Positions 37,612 to 47,440 of a DNA stretch of 64,000 nucleotides are shown one piece after another. Source of the stretch: Planctomycetota bacterium (lineage in GTDB: Bacteria; Planctomycetota; B15-G4; SIAN01); contig JANNXA010000050.1 of assembly GCA_031409275.1 (NCBI GenBank), forward strand, positions 207,682 through 271,681, read 5' to 3'. A model generated the notes under the pieces. The model had not been told where the DNA came from and made no database searches. It was given only the letters and a program-made list of their open reading frames with translations. Position 1 is the first letter of the stretch. Each line of letters opens with the position of its first letter. The position numbers were made by a program, and so were the translations under genes.

Positions 37612-38859
37612 TCAAGCGAGCAGGTCGATGCGCGTACCGTCGCCACTGCGCGCCCGCACCGGCGTCGACAGCGATCGCTCGCCTGCCAAAGTCGGCGCCG
37701 GGTGCTTCTCCTCCTCCTTCGCCCTCCCCGAGAGGTCGAAGGACGCTCCACCGCCCTGCTGCTGCAGGGTCTCTTGCCAATCGCGGAACAGGTCGCCGAG
37801 CTGCTGCTGCAACTGCGCGTCATCGCAGCGCGCCACCACCCGCAGGTGGTTGCCCTGCATCTCGAGCCGCACGTGCAGCGAGCCGAGCTCGGCCGGATCG
37901 AGTCGAATCTCCGCTTCCCAGCGCGCGCCGTCGCGCCGCATGCTCACGACTCCGTCGATCGCCGCGTCGAGCAGCGGGGTCACCGCGCTTGGCGACAACG
38001 GATGGGTCGGTGGCGTCGGCAGGCTCGGCGCTGCAGTCACCTGCGATTCCGGCGCGCGCATGGCCGTCGCGAGGCGAGCCGCCTCGGCGACATCGCGCGC
38101 CAGCGCGGCCTGGATCTCCGAATCGTCGGTCGCGGCAGCCGGCGCAGGAAGCTCGCTTCCGGCCGCCGAATCGCCGCGAAACGCTTCCTGGCCGGCGTCG
38201 TGCGTCAGTGCGGCGCCGTCGGACGACGGCCCGAGCAGTGCCGGCGCGCTCTCGTCGCTCGCCATTCCGGCAAGCGTCTCCCCCTCGCTCGCAGCGGCGC
38301 TCGCGCCCTTTGCCGGCGCTGGCGCCACCGTCGCCGCCTTCGCTTCGAGGCCGCTGGTCGCGATCGCGCCGACCGCGACGGTTCCAGCGGACTCGGTGGC
38401 GAACAAGGCGGGCGTGGGAACGGGTGGCGGCGATGGTGGCACCGTGCCGAAGGCGAGGAACGCCTCGAGCGCCGCCCATTCGTCGCGCACGGCGGAGTCG
38501 TCCTTCTCGACCTTGCTGGCGTCATCGTCGAGCGGCGCCGGCGCGTCCTCGACCGGTGCTTCGTCGTCACGCGGCGCGTCGCCGCCATCCGACTGGTCTC
38601 GTTGCGATCGGGAAGTCGCCTCGTCGCGCTCGACCTTCGTCTCGTCACCCTGCGCCGCATCGCCTTGCGCGTCGCGCGACTCGCTGACGTCGACCGTGTT
38701 CGCTTCGGAGCGGTCGACTGGCGCTCGCGGCTCGAGCAGCGCCGTTTCGCGCCCGAGCTCGTCCGCAAAGCGAGCCGACCGTGAGGACGGCTCAGCCGAC
38801 GGCGATGCGTTCGCTCGCGGTGCAGACACGGCAGAGGTGGGGAGCATGGCAACCGGCAC
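37612..38859 (-). CDS. fliK: Hook-length control protein FliK
   Basis: Low-complexity N-region, then C-terminal AEIRLDPAELGSLHVRL...LQQQG; precedes flgD. Confidence 0.9.
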   Translation of the reverse strand: MPVAMLPTSAVSAPRANASPSAEPSSRSARFADELGRETALLEPRAPVDRSEANTVDVSESRDAQGDAAQGDETKVERDEATSRSQRDQSDGGDAPRDDEAPVEDAPAPLDDDASKVEKDDSAVRDEWAALEAFLAFGTVPPSPPPVPTPALFATESAGTVAVGAIATSGLEAKAATVAPAPAKGASAAASEGETLAGMASDESAPALLGPSSDGAALTHDAGQEAFRGDSAAGSELPAPAAATDDSEIQAALARDVAEAARLATAMRAPESQVTAAPSLPTPPTHPLSPSAVTPLLDAAIDGVVSMRRDGARWEAEIRLDPAELGSLHVRLEMQGNHLRVVARCDDAQLQQQLGDLFRDWQETLQQQGGGASFDLSGRAKEEEKHPAPTLAGERSLSTPVRARSGDGTRIDLLA

Positions 38860-38913
38860 GCGATCGAGCCTCCGCGTCGAGGCGACATTGCCTGCGACGA
38901 CGGGAGCACTTGG

Positions 38914-38929
38914 GCAACGCGAGTGCCGA
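38914..38929 (-). promoter_or_regulatory. Putative sigma54 -24/-12 promoter for fliK-flgDE
   Basis: Minus strand TCGGCAC-TCGCG-TTGC, canonical spacing. Confidence 0.7.
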
Positions 38930-39237
38930 AGGGAACTGGCGCCGCGATCGCGCGGCGGTCGACTTCACGCAAGTCCCTGGGGGACAGCGGGTTGCGCCAC
39001 GATCACGAGTCGGCGCGGCAGCTCGGCTGGGCGCGCGGGCTCGAAGCGGCGCTCCGAAACGGATGCCGGGAACCGAGCGCGCCACTGCGCATTCGATTCC
39101 GCGGGACGACCCTGGTCGCCGTTCACCCGGGCGACGCGCGATGGGTCGATTTTTTCCTCATGACGAGCCTTCAGCCGGACGAAGAGTCCGACGAAGGTCC
39201 TGATGGCCATCGTTCGCAAAGCGAAGAGGCAGCAGTC

Positions 39238-39606
39238 ATGGATGTTTCAAACCTGGTCCCGAATCAACCCCCGGCACGCTCGGAAGGCGCCGAAGCGCGC
39301 AACCGCCCGCTGGGACTCGCCCCTGGCCCGACCGCACGGCTCGATCAGGCGGCGCGCGCCGCAGCCACGGCGCGTCCGACGACCGCGGCCAACTCGGTCC
39401 GCGACCGCATCGAGCGGTCCGACGAAACCGAGCAGCGCCTCGCGCAGCTCAAGCACGAACTCGGGCGCCAGCCGGAAGTCCGCAAGGACGAGATCGAAGC
39501 CTTGCGAGCCCAGATGAAAGAGTCGCTCAACGCGTCGCATGAGACGCTGGTGCGAGCGGCTCTCGCCATCCTCCACGGCGAGCTCTACTTCCTGCCGAAC
39601 TCCTGA
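39238..39606 (+). CDS. flgM: Anti-sigma28 factor FlgM-like
   Basis: GAGG RBS; RDRIERSD...QPEVRKDEIEALRAQM resembles the FlgM DxVxIS...PEVRxEKVxxLK signature. Confidence 0.7.
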   Translation: MDVSNLVPNQPPARSEGAEARNRPLGLAPGPTARLDQAARAAATARPTTAANSVRDRIERSDETEQRLAQLKHELGRQPEVRKDEIEALRAQMKESLNASHETLVRAALAILHGELYFLPNS

Positions 39607-39670
39607 TCGATCCCGACGCGCGAGCGGCGCGTCCCCTGCTCCGAACCGCCCCGAGTCGATCTCGATTCGC

Positions 39671-39700
39671 CGCGGGGCAGGTTGCGTGGCCTGCCCCGCG
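39671..39700. terminator. 11-bp inverted repeat between convergent flgM and fliC1
   Basis: CGCGGGGCAGG-N8-CCTGCCCCGCG. Confidence 0.55.
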
Positions 39701-39820
39701 ACGTCGAGTTCGAAAAGACGGTCCTTCCCGGAGCCGGGGGCCGAGGAAGCGCAGGTGGAGGGGCTTCGCGTCCCCACGCACCCCGACCCCGGGAACGACC
39801 GGCCTGCTTGCTTTGCTTGC

Positions 39821-40651
39821 TTACTGCTGCAGGAGGCTCAAGGCGACCTGCGGCTGCGTGTTCGCCTGCGACAGGATCGAGATCGCGGCCTGCTGCAGGA
39901 TCGAGTTGCGCGTGAGCTCGGCCGTCTCCGCCGCGACGTCGACGTCGCGGATGCGCGACTCGGCCGCAGAGAGGTTCTCGACGCTCACCCCGATGTTGTT
40001 GATCGTCGACTGCAACCGGTTCTGCAGTGCGCCAAGGTCACCGCGCGCGGCGGCAACGTTGTCGATCGCGAGGTCGATGCTGGTGATCGCGGTCGTCGGG
40101 GCCCCCGCCGACGAGATGTCGAGCGAGTCGATCCCGAGGTCGCTGGCCAGGACCGACCGCAGCGCCACCGCGATGGTGTCGACTCCGGTCACGACGTCGG
40201 AGCCAACCTGGAACTCGATGCTCGACGTCGAGCCGTCGAGCAGGTTCACTCCGTTGAACTGCGTCGACAGCGAGATGCGGTCGACCTCCTGGATCAGGTT
40301 GTCGAACTCCTGATCCAGCGTGTCCTTGTCGGCTGCGGAGTTGGTGCCGTTGTTCGCCTGGATGGCGAGCTCACGCATCCGGATGAGGATGTTGCTGAGC
40401 TCGTTCATCGCCCCTTCGCCGACTTGGACCAGCGAGATGCCATCGTTGGCATTGCGCTGGGCCTGCGAGAGGCTGCGAATCTGAGCGCGCATGCGCTCGG
40501 AGATCGCCAGTCCGGCTGCGTCGTCCGACGCCGACACGATGCGCAAGCCGGTTGACAACCGGCGGAAGTTGGACTGCAACCGGTTCGTGATCACGTCCAG
40601 GTTGCCGCGAGCATTGATGCTCGCCACGTTCGTATTGATGAACAGACCCAT
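39821..40651 (-). CDS. fliC: Flagellin (276 aa, minimal)
   Basis: [74 protein letters not shown]. Confidence 0.97.
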   Translation of the reverse strand: MGLFINTNVASINARGNLDVITNRLQSNFRRLSTGLRIVSASDDAAGLAISERMRAQIRSLSQAQRNANDGISLVQVGEGAMNELSNILIRMRELAIQANNGTNSAADKDTLDQEFDNLIQEVDRISLSTQFNGVNLLDGSTSSIEFQVGSDVVTGVDTIAVALRSVLASDLGIDSLDISSAGAPTTAITSIDLAIDNVAAARGDLGALQNRLQSTINNIGVSVENLSAAESRIRDVDVAAETAELTRNSILQQAAISILSQANTQPQVALSLLQQ

Positions 40652-40701
40652 GAACGATTCCTCCACTTACTGACGAGGCGTTCGACCTCGCACGTCAGAG
40701 T

Positions 40702-40728
40702 GATTCGGAGGATTCGTCCGCCGCTTGA
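40702..40728 (-). promoter_or_regulatory. Putative sigma28 promoter of fliC1
   Basis: Minus strand TCAA-N15-TCCGAATC versus consensus TAAA-N15-GCCGATAA. Confidence 0.6.
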
Positions 40729-40768
40729 GCGGGATTCCCGGAAGAAAGGGACTGCACTGCCTCGATCG

Positions 40769-40781
40769 GGAACTTCTTTCC
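40769..40781. promoter_or_regulatory. GGAA-N5-TTCC palindrome upstream of fliC1
   Basis: CGGGAA-CTTCT-TTCCCG (40767-40783). Confidence 0.6.
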
Positions 40782-40795
40782 CGGAACCGTCCGCC

Positions 40796-41485
40796 CTAAC
40801 GAGCGGCTGCGGAAGCGCTGTCCTGGAAACCGCTTCCCGGCGATGGATAGAGCGTCCGCACGAACGAGGTGGCCACGAAGCGCGCGAAGCTCTCGGCCGG
40901 CACCTGGGCGACGTCGGTCGCCGGCGCGACCTCATCGGCCACCGCGGCTTCGTCCGACCTGAAACGCAGCAGCGACGCACGCGTGGCCGGCGTGCGCGCA
41001 TCGACGACGTCGCGCGCCGTCCACAACAGGTGCCCGTCGCGCGCGTCGACGAGCGACAGCTCGAGCCCGGCGGCCGGCTCACCATGCGCGCGGCTGAAGG
41101 CGACCCGTCCGCAGAGGATCGCGTCGCACCCCCACTCACGATGCAGGCGGATCAGCGACTCGGTGGTTCGCACGCGCCCGAGCGCGAGTTCGTCGCGCGT
41201 CGTGCGCGGCAGCTCGGCGGCATCGGGCGCGACGACCTCGAAACCGCAGATCGCCCGCAGCGACTGCGCGAACGCCGATTGCAGCAGCACTCCATGGCTC
41301 GGCGGCGCATCGGCCGAGATGAATGGCAGCAACAGCACCCGGTGCACCGGTGCACCGGGCGGAGCCGCCGACAAGGCACCCTGCACCGGCGCCCACGGGA
41401 GCGCGGTGTCGAGAGTGGCCATCGTGCAACCGCTCGCAGTCAGCGCGAGCAGCAGCATCCACGAACGGGGGTCACGGGCCGTCAC
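40796..41485 (-). CDS. Putative lipoprotein, CsgG/TolB-N/FlgO-like alpha-beta fold
   Basis: LLLALTASG|C lipobox; RVLLLPF, FEVV, GCDAILCGRV, LSLVDARDGHLLW pattern. Confidence 0.65.
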   Translation of the reverse strand: MTARDPRSWMLLLALTASGCTMATLDTALPWAPVQGALSAAPPGAPVHRVLLLPFISADAPPSHGVLLQSAFAQSLRAICGFEVVAPDAAELPRTTRDELALGRVRTTESLIRLHREWGCDAILCGRVAFSRAHGEPAAGLELSLVDARDGHLLWTARDVVDARTPATRASLLRFRSDEAAVADEVAPATDVAQVPAESFARFVATSFVRTLYPSPGSGFQDSASAAAR

Positions 41486-42074
41486 CTTGGCTCTCCGCTT
41501 CAGTCACCTTGGCGAGGATCAACTGGCGCTCGACGCGCACTCGCTTGATCCGTTCCGCCAGCAAGTCGTCGGCGAGCTGACGCGAGCGCAGCTCGAAGTC
41601 CTTGACCTGGCCGCGCAGCTTCTCGATCTCGCCGTTGACGCCGGCCTGCGATTCCGTGCCGGCCTGGACCAGCTGCGAGAGTCCGGCGTTGTCGCGGCGC
41701 AACTGCTCGATCACGGCATTGAGCGACGCCACCTGCGCAGTGAGCGCCTGGTTCTCGCCCTCGAGCGTCTGGTTGCGCGCGGTGGCTGCGTCGAGCTGCT
41801 CGAGCGTCGTGCCCTGGCCGAGCATGGGCGCCGGCGCCGCAGCACCGGACGGCGCGCCGTCGGTTCCCTTCGATGCGGAGGCCGAGTTCGCGGCGTTCGC
41901 CGGCTCACCCGCGGGTCGAGCCGCTTCGCCGCCGCTCTTCGCCGCTGCCGGTGGAGTCGCCCACGGATCGCCGCCGACCCGATACGCCTCGCCGCCCCCA
42001 CCGCCGCTGCCGGCACACGCCGTCGCGAACAGCGCCACCGCGGCCCACCATCGCACCCGCTTCGTTCCGTTCAT
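41472..42074 (-). CDS. Putative lipoprotein with long C-terminal coiled coil
   Basis: VALFATA|C, Gly/Ala/Pro linker, heptads (NQTLEGENQALTAQVASLNAVIEQLRRDN...LLAERIKRVRVERQLI); GGGAGG RBS. Confidence 0.7.
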   Translation of the reverse strand: MNGTKRVRWWAAVALFATACAGSGGGGGEAYRVGGDPWATPPAAAKSGGEAARPAGEPANAANSASASKGTDGAPSGAAAPAPMLGQGTTLEQLDAATARNQTLEGENQALTAQVASLNAVIEQLRRDNAGLSQLVQAGTESQAGVNGEIEKLRGQVKDFELRSRQLADDLLAERIKRVRVERQLILAKVTEAESQGDGP

Positions 42075-42298
42075 CTCGCACCTCCCGTGTCCGCGCGCGC
42101 GGTCGGCAGGAGCTCGAGCTCGTGCGTACGACCGCAACCGCAATGCAGACTGATCCCGACCACGACGCCCCCTTCACGCACCACCTCGACCGCGACCGGC
42201 GGAGCGTCTTCCACCGGAGCACGCGGCTCCCATGCCACCGGCGCCGAAGTCGACGCCACGCGGCTTGCCTTGATCACCTTTCCCCGTGCGGCCACCAT
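42071..42298 (-). CDS. Small protein with HCGCGxxH motif
   Basis: GGGGAGG RBS, 17 bp after fliA; ATGA overlap with the next gene; VEVVREGGVVVGISLHCGCGRTHELEL. Confidence 0.65.
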   Translation of the reverse strand: MVAARGKVIKASRVASTSAPVAWEPRAPVEDAPPVAVEVVREGGVVVGISLHCGCGRTHELELLPTARADTGGAR

Positions 42299-42314
42299 CG
42301 CCTGCCCTCCCCGC

Positions 42315-43055
42315 TCAGCTCGCGCCCAGCTTGCGCGCGATGCGATGGTTCAGCTGCACCAACGCGTGCTGCAAGATCTGTGACACGCGCGACTCGGTGA
42401 TGTCGAGCACGCGACCGATGTCCCGCAGCAGCAACCCCGCGTGGTAGTACAGCAACACGACCTCCTTCTCCCGGCGCGGCAACGTGTCGATCGCCGCCGC
42501 GAGCAGCTCCTTGGCCTCGTTGATCTCGGCGACCCGCGCGGGATCGTCGGCGTCGGCGCTCGCGAACGACTCCGGATTCACTCCCGTCGAGGCTTCGCCA
42601 AGCCCGCGCTGATAGGAGTCGGAAAGGGCGCGCGAGCGCAGCACGTCCTCGAGCTCGGGCGCCGTGAGGCCGAGCTCTTCCTGGATCTCCAGGAAGTTCG
42701 GCTCGCGGCCGGTGCGCTCGGTCAACTTCGAACGCGCCTCTTCGAGCGCGCGCACGCCATCGCGGCGACCGCGCGGCAGCACGTCGAGTCGGCGCAGTTC
42801 GTCGAGCACCGCGCCCTGGATCGCGATGTACGCGAAGGTCCGAAACGACGCGCCGCGCGTCGGGTCGTAGTTCTTCGCCGCGTTCAGCAACCCGAGGATG
42901 CCGACCTCCTCGAGATCCTCGCGTCCGACGTTCGGGGGCAGTTGGACGGCGAGGCGGCCGACCACGCGCCGCACCAGCGGCAGGTGGCTCTTCACCAGCG
43001 CCTCGGCCGAGTCCGGGTTGCCGGCGCGATAGGCATCAAGCAGATCCATGCTCAT
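42315..43055 (-). CDS. fliA: RNA polymerase sigma28 factor FliA/WhiG
   Basis: HLPLVRRVV, DLEEVGILGL, FRTFAYIAIQGAVLDELRRLD, LYY...IGRVLDITESRVSQI. Confidence 0.95.
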   Translation of the reverse strand: MSMDLLDAYRAGNPDSAEALVKSHLPLVRRVVGRLAVQLPPNVGREDLEEVGILGLLNAAKNYDPTRGASFRTFAYIAIQGAVLDELRRLDVLPRGRRDGVRALEEARSKLTERTGREPNFLEIQEELGLTAPELEDVLRSRALSDSYQRGLGEASTGVNPESFASADADDPARVAEINEAKELLAAAIDTLPRREKEVVLLYYHAGLLLRDIGRVLDITESRVSQILQHALVQLNHRIARKLGAS

Positions 43056-43387
43056 CGACGCGCCTCCGCCAGAGCCGATCCGGGTGCGACGGAGGCGGCC
43101 GATCGCGCGGCGGGCTGCGGCGATGGCTCGCGAGCGCCGTTCGCCACGCTCGCGGCGCTCGAGGTCCCTTCCGCCACGCCCGCGCCTCCATCCCAGCGTT
43201 CGCTGATGCGGTCCAGCACGATTCGCTCCAGGACGAACCCGATCGCGGCGCCCGCGAGCGCACCGAAGAGCGCTGCGAATCCGGCCGAGTAGAGGCGCGA
43301 GCGCGGCGCGTGATGGCACCACACTCCCACCAACCAGGCGCCGGCGAAGGCGACCATCGCGAGCAAGGCGGCAACGCGACGCGTCAT
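43052..43387 (-). CDS. Small two-TM hypothetical protein between flhA and fliA
   Basis: ATGA overlaps at both ends; two hydrophobic helices. Confidence 0.7.
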   Translation of the reverse strand: MTRRVAALLAMVAFAGAWLVGVWCHHAPRSRLYSAGFAALFGALAGAAIGFVLERIVLDRISERWDGGAGVAEGTSSAASVANGAREPSPQPAARSAASVAPGSALAEARR

Positions 43388-45555
43388 GCGACGGCCCTCC
43401 CTGGCGCTTCGGCCAGCGTCACCACCGCCACCGGCTCGACCTTGCGCGCCGCCGCAGCCTCGGCGTAGGAGAGGACCACCGCGCGCGGCGCCACGCTCTT
43501 CAGCAGGTCACGCAGGAACGTGCGCGCCTCGGCTCGCACCAGCACCACCGACTCCTGGCCTCGTTCGGAGAGCTTGCGCACTTCCGCGAGGATCTTGTCG
43601 AGCGCGACGCGCACGACGTTGGCGCCGTCGCCACCATCCTGGTTGCGCGCCACGTCGACCAACGTGCGTTCGAGCGTCGGATCGAGCGTGACGACCGAGA
43701 GCTTCCCGTTCTCGTCGAGGTAGGGCTCGACGACGTTGCGGGCGAGCCGGCGGCGAGCCAGCTCGGCGAGCGCGTCGGGATCCTTGGTCTGCCCGACCGA
43801 TTCGGAGACGACCTCGAGGATCGCCGAGAGGTTCTTGATCGACACGCGTTCGGCCAGCAACGCGCGCAGCACGCGATGGAGATCGCCGTAGGAGAGCTGG
43901 TTCGGGATCAAGTCGTCGACGACGGCAGGCGAGTCCCGGCGCACGTTCTCGACCAGCGTCTTCACGTCGTCGCGCGTCAGCATCAGCGACGACTGCTCGC
44001 GGATCGACTCCGAGAGATGCGTGACCAGGACCGAGACCGGCTCGACGACGGTGTAACCGGCGAGTTCCGCCTCGGTGCGGCGCGCCTCGTCGATCCACAG
44101 CGCCGGCAGCCCGAACGTCGGCTCGCGCGTCGCCTCGCCGGGGAATCCCGGCTTGCCCTTGCCGGGATTCATCGCCAGCAGCATCCCGGGACGCAGCTCG
44201 CCGGCCGCGACCACCTGGCCGCGCACCAGGATGCGGTAGGCGCCGGCGGCCAGCTTCACGTTGTCGGTGACGCGGATCGGCGGGACGATCACGCCCATCT
44301 CGCCGGCGAAGCGCTTGCGCACCTGCGAGATGTGGGCCAGCAGGCCGCCGGCGCGATTCTTCTCCACGAGGTGGAGCAGGCGATAGCCGAGCTCCACGTT
44401 CATCGCATCGATCTTGAGCAGGCGCTCGAGCTCGGCGCCCTGCTCCTCGACCGCGCCGGCAGCGGCGTCGGCCTCGGAATCGTCGGCGAGCGGCACCGCG
44501 CGGCGCATGCGCGCCACCGCGATCAGCACCGCGGAGAGCACCGCAAAGGGCAGCAGCGGCAGCCCGGGCGCGAGTCCGATCACGCCGACGATCACGCCGG
44601 CCATCATCACGCCGCGCTTCTGCTCGGTGACCTGCAGCGCGAGCTGATCGCCGAGGTTCGACTCGATGCTCGCCTTGGTGACGATGATCGCGCCGGCGGT
44701 GGCGACGATCAGCGCCGGGATCTGCGCGACGAGGCCGTCGCCGATCGACAGGATCGAGTAGGTCTTGAACGCCTGGCTCACGTCCATGCCGCGCATCAAC
44801 GCGACGCAGATGCCGCCGACGAGGTTCACGCCGGTGATGATGAGCCCGGCCACCGCGTCGCCGCGCACGAACTTGCTGGCGCCGTCCATCGCGCCGTGGA
44901 ACTCCGCTTCGCGCGACACCTCGTTGCGCCGCGCCTTCGCCTCTTCCGGCGTGATGGTCCCGTTGTTGAGCTCGGCGTCGATCGCCATCTGCTTGCCAGG
45001 CATCGCGTCGAGGGTGAAGCGAGCGGCGACTTCCGAGATGCGTCCGGCGCCCTTGGTGATGACGACGAACTGGATCACCACCAGGATGAGGAAGATCACC
45101 ACGCCGACGACGAGGTTGCCGCCGACCACGAACTCGCCGAACGACTGGATCACCTCGCCCGCGTGGCCATGCAGCAGGATCAGGCGGGTGCTGGCGACGT
45201 TCAGCGCCAGCCGGAACAGCGCGCTGAACAGCAGCAACGTCGGGAAGGTCGAGAGTTCGAGTGGCTTGCCGCTCGCCAGCACCAGCAGCAGCATGAGGAT
45301 GCTGCTCGCGAGGTTGACGACCAGCAGCAGGTCGAGCAGCCAGGTCGGCAGCGGCACCAGCAGGATCATCAACAGGCCGACGAGCCCGACGGCGAGACCG
45401 ACATCCGCGTTGCGGAAGACCGGGGCCGCGGGCGGCGGCGCTTTCCAGACCGCGGCGGGTGCCGGACCGCGCTTCGACGCGGACGTCGATGCCGCGGCGC
45501 CGTTGGCAGCGCCGAGGCTGATCGGGGCAGTGGCGCTGGGAGCAGCGGCAGCCAT
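43384..45555 (-). CDS. flhA: Flagellar export gate protein FlhA
   Basis: FRLALNVASTRLIL, EVAARFTLDAMPGKQMAIDAEL, GAMDGASKFVRGDA. Confidence 0.97.
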   Translation of the reverse strand: MAAAAPSATAPISLGAANGAAASTSASKRGPAPAAVWKAPPPAAPVFRNADVGLAVGLVGLLMILLVPLPTWLLDLLLVVNLASSILMLLLVLASGKPLELSTFPTLLLFSALFRLALNVASTRLILLHGHAGEVIQSFGEFVVGGNLVVGVVIFLILVVIQFVVITKGAGRISEVAARFTLDAMPGKQMAIDAELNNGTITPEEAKARRNEVSREAEFHGAMDGASKFVRGDAVAGLIITGVNLVGGICVALMRGMDVSQAFKTYSILSIGDGLVAQIPALIVATAGAIIVTKASIESNLGDQLALQVTEQKRGVMMAGVIVGVIGLAPGLPLLPFAVLSAVLIAVARMRRAVPLADDSEADAAAGAVEEQGAELERLLKIDAMNVELGYRLLHLVEKNRAGGLLAHISQVRKRFAGEMGVIVPPIRVTDNVKLAAGAYRILVRGQVVAAGELRPGMLLAMNPGKGKPGFPGEATREPTFGLPALWIDEARRTEAELAGYTVVEPVSVLVTHLSESIREQSSLMLTRDDVKTLVENVRRDSPAVVDDLIPNQLSYGDLHRVLRALLAERVSIKNLSAILEVVSESVGQTKDPDALAELARRRLARNVVEPYLDENGKLSVVTLDPTLERTLVDVARNQDGGDGANVVRVALDKILAEVRKLSERGQESVVLVRAEARTFLRDLLKSVAPRAVVLSYAEAAAARKVEPVAVVTLAEAPGRAVA

Positions 45556-45558
45556 CGA

Positions 45559-46680
45559 CTACTTCTTCCCCGCCGCGGCCGCGCGGGCCGTCGGCGTCAG
45601 GCGCTGCTTGCGCTGCTCGCGCAGGCGCCAGACGAGGGCGAGCACGCTCGCGACCGCGCGGAACAGCGACTCCGGGACGAGGTCGCCGACCGCCACTTCA
45701 CGGAACAACGCGCGCGCCAGCGGCGGCTGCTCGATCACGGTCACGCCGGCGTCGCGGGCGATGCGACGGATCTCCTGCGCCACGGCATCGGCGCCCTTCG
45801 CCACCACGCGCGGCGCCGAGGAGCGCCCCTCGATGTACTCGAGCGCGACGGCGAAGTGCGTCGGGTTGGTGACGATGACCGTCGCTTCGCTCACGGCCTG
45901 GCGCAGCGGCTTCTCGACGATCGCACGCATGCGCTCCTTCATCTTGCGCTTGATCTGCGGATCGCCGTCCTCGTTCTTCGATTCGTCGCGCACCTGCTGC
46001 TTGGTCATGCGCAGGTCGCGGTTGTGCTGCCAGCGCTGATAGAGGTAGTCGCAGCAGCCCAGCACGACGAGCGCGGCGCAGACGCGCAGGAAGATGTCGA
46101 GCAGGAGCTTGCCCAGCAGCGGCGCCGACTGCTCGAAGGCCAGCGAGGAGTAGTCGGCGATCTCGTTGAGACGCCCGCGCAACGCCGACGCCAGGAGGCC
46201 GACCACCAGCGCCGTCTTGAGCAGCGTGCCGGCCACCTTGGAGTAGCCCTTCAGGCTGAAGATCTTGGCGAAGCCCTGCACCGGATTCAGGCGCGCGAAG
46301 TCGAGCGTGACGGCGTCGCGCGCCACGAAGAAGCCGCCCGCCTGGACGAAGTGGAGCGCGACGGAGACGGCGGCGGCGGTGCCGAGGAAGGGCAGCACCC
46401 AGCGCAACGAGATCAGCAGCTGGCCGCGCAGCATCGACGTCGCCGCCGACAGCGTCGTGGGGGGCTCGTTGAGGCTGCGGATCGCGGTGACGATGCCGAC
46501 GCGAAAGGAGTCGAGCAGCGCCGGCCCGGAGCTCACCAGCACGGCAGCAGTTCCAAGCAGGACCAGCGCCGTGGAGAGGTCGGTGCTGCGCGCGAAGTTG
46601 CCGCGCTCATGCGCATCACCGCGCTTCTTCGCGGTGGCTTCCTCGGTGCGATCGCTCTTGTCCTGGAGTTCCTCGGCCAC
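45559..46680 (-). CDS. flhB: Flagellar export protein FlhB
   Basis: RTEEAT, RMTKQQVRDESKNEDGDP, intact NPTH autocleavage motif, PPLARALF. Confidence 0.96.
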   Translation of the reverse strand: MAEELQDKSDRTEEATAKKRGDAHERGNFARSTDLSTALVLLGTAAVLVSSGPALLDSFRVGIVTAIRSLNEPPTTLSAATSMLRGQLLISLRWVLPFLGTAAAVSVALHFVQAGGFFVARDAVTLDFARLNPVQGFAKIFSLKGYSKVAGTLLKTALVVGLLASALRGRLNEIADYSSLAFEQSAPLLGKLLLDIFLRVCAALVVLGCCDYLYQRWQHNRDLRMTKQQVRDESKNEDGDPQIKRKMKERMRAIVEKPLRQAVSEATVIVTNPTHFAVALEYIEGRSSAPRVVAKGADAVAQEIRRIARDAGVTVIEQPPLARALFREVAVGDLVPESLFRAVASVLALVWRLREQRKQRLTPTARAAAAGKK

Positions 46681-46681
46681 G

Positions 46682-47440
46682 TCACGCCCCCACGAGCTTG
46701 AGGAGGCTGCCGCGCAGCACGGCGATCAGCCGCAGGCCCGGACCGAGCGTGAAGGGGAAGAGCGTGATCGCGGCCGCGAGCGCCGAGAGGAGCCGCAACG
46801 GATAGCCGAACGTCATCACGTGCAGCTCGGGCACGGCGCGCGAAAGGAGCGCGAGCGAGAGGCTCCCGACCATCAGCACCGCCAGCAGCGGCGACGCGAT
46901 CATCACCGCGAAGCGCAGCAGGACGCCGATCGAGTCGGCGAGGCTCGCGAGACCCGATGGCAGGTCGTGGCCGCCGATCGGGAACGAAGCGAACGACGCG
47001 TGCAGCGCGCGAATGACGTCGTGGTGGCCGTTCGCGGCGAGGTAGACCAGCAGCAGCCCGGTCTCGTAGACGCGCGCCGGCGCCGTCGACGCGATGCGCG
47101 TCATCGGATCGACGTCCTCGGCCATCTTGAGGCCGAGCTCTTCCGCGATGAGGTCGCCTGCCAGCGCCGGCGCCGAGAGCAGCACTCGGCAGAGGAATCC
47201 CATGGCGAGCCCGATCACGAGCTCGCGGCCCGCCGCCAGCACCAGGCCGGTCGTCGTCTCCGGCATCGAGCCCGTCGGCACGCCCGCCAGCACCGCGCCG
47301 AGCACCAGCGACAGCAGCACGCGCAAGATGCCCGGCACGCTCTCGCCGCCGGCCACCGGCAAGAGCAGCAGCACCATGCCGGCGCGCAACGCGCCGAGCA
47401 CGATGCAGATGATCGCCTCGAGGGGGAGACCGAGCGTCAC
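46682..47440 (-). CDS. fliR: Flagellar export protein FliR
   Basis: GTGA overlap with fliQ; ELVIGLAMG, ANGHH, RAVPELHVMTFGYP. Confidence 0.88.
   Translation of the reverse strand: MTLGLPLEAIICIVLGALRAGMVLLLLPVAGGESVPGILRVLLSLVLGAVLAGVPTGSMPETTTGLVLAAGRELVIGLAMGFLCRVLLSAPALAGDLIAEELGLKMAEDVDPMTRIASTAPARVYETGLLLVYLAANGHHDVIRALHASFASFPIGGHDLPSGLASLADSIGVLLRFAVMIASPLLAVLMVGSLSLALLSRAVPELHVMTFGYPLRLLSALAAAITLFPFTLGPGLRLIAVLRGSLLKLVGA

Noticed and set aside
38923..39237. N-terminal extensions in the ORF track (flgM from 38923, fliA from 43322, fliC2 from 49312, fliI from 9663, GT from 33154)
   Set aside because: Downstream starts have RBSs or stop/start overlaps and match family N-termini; the extensions run over promoters or neighbouring genes.
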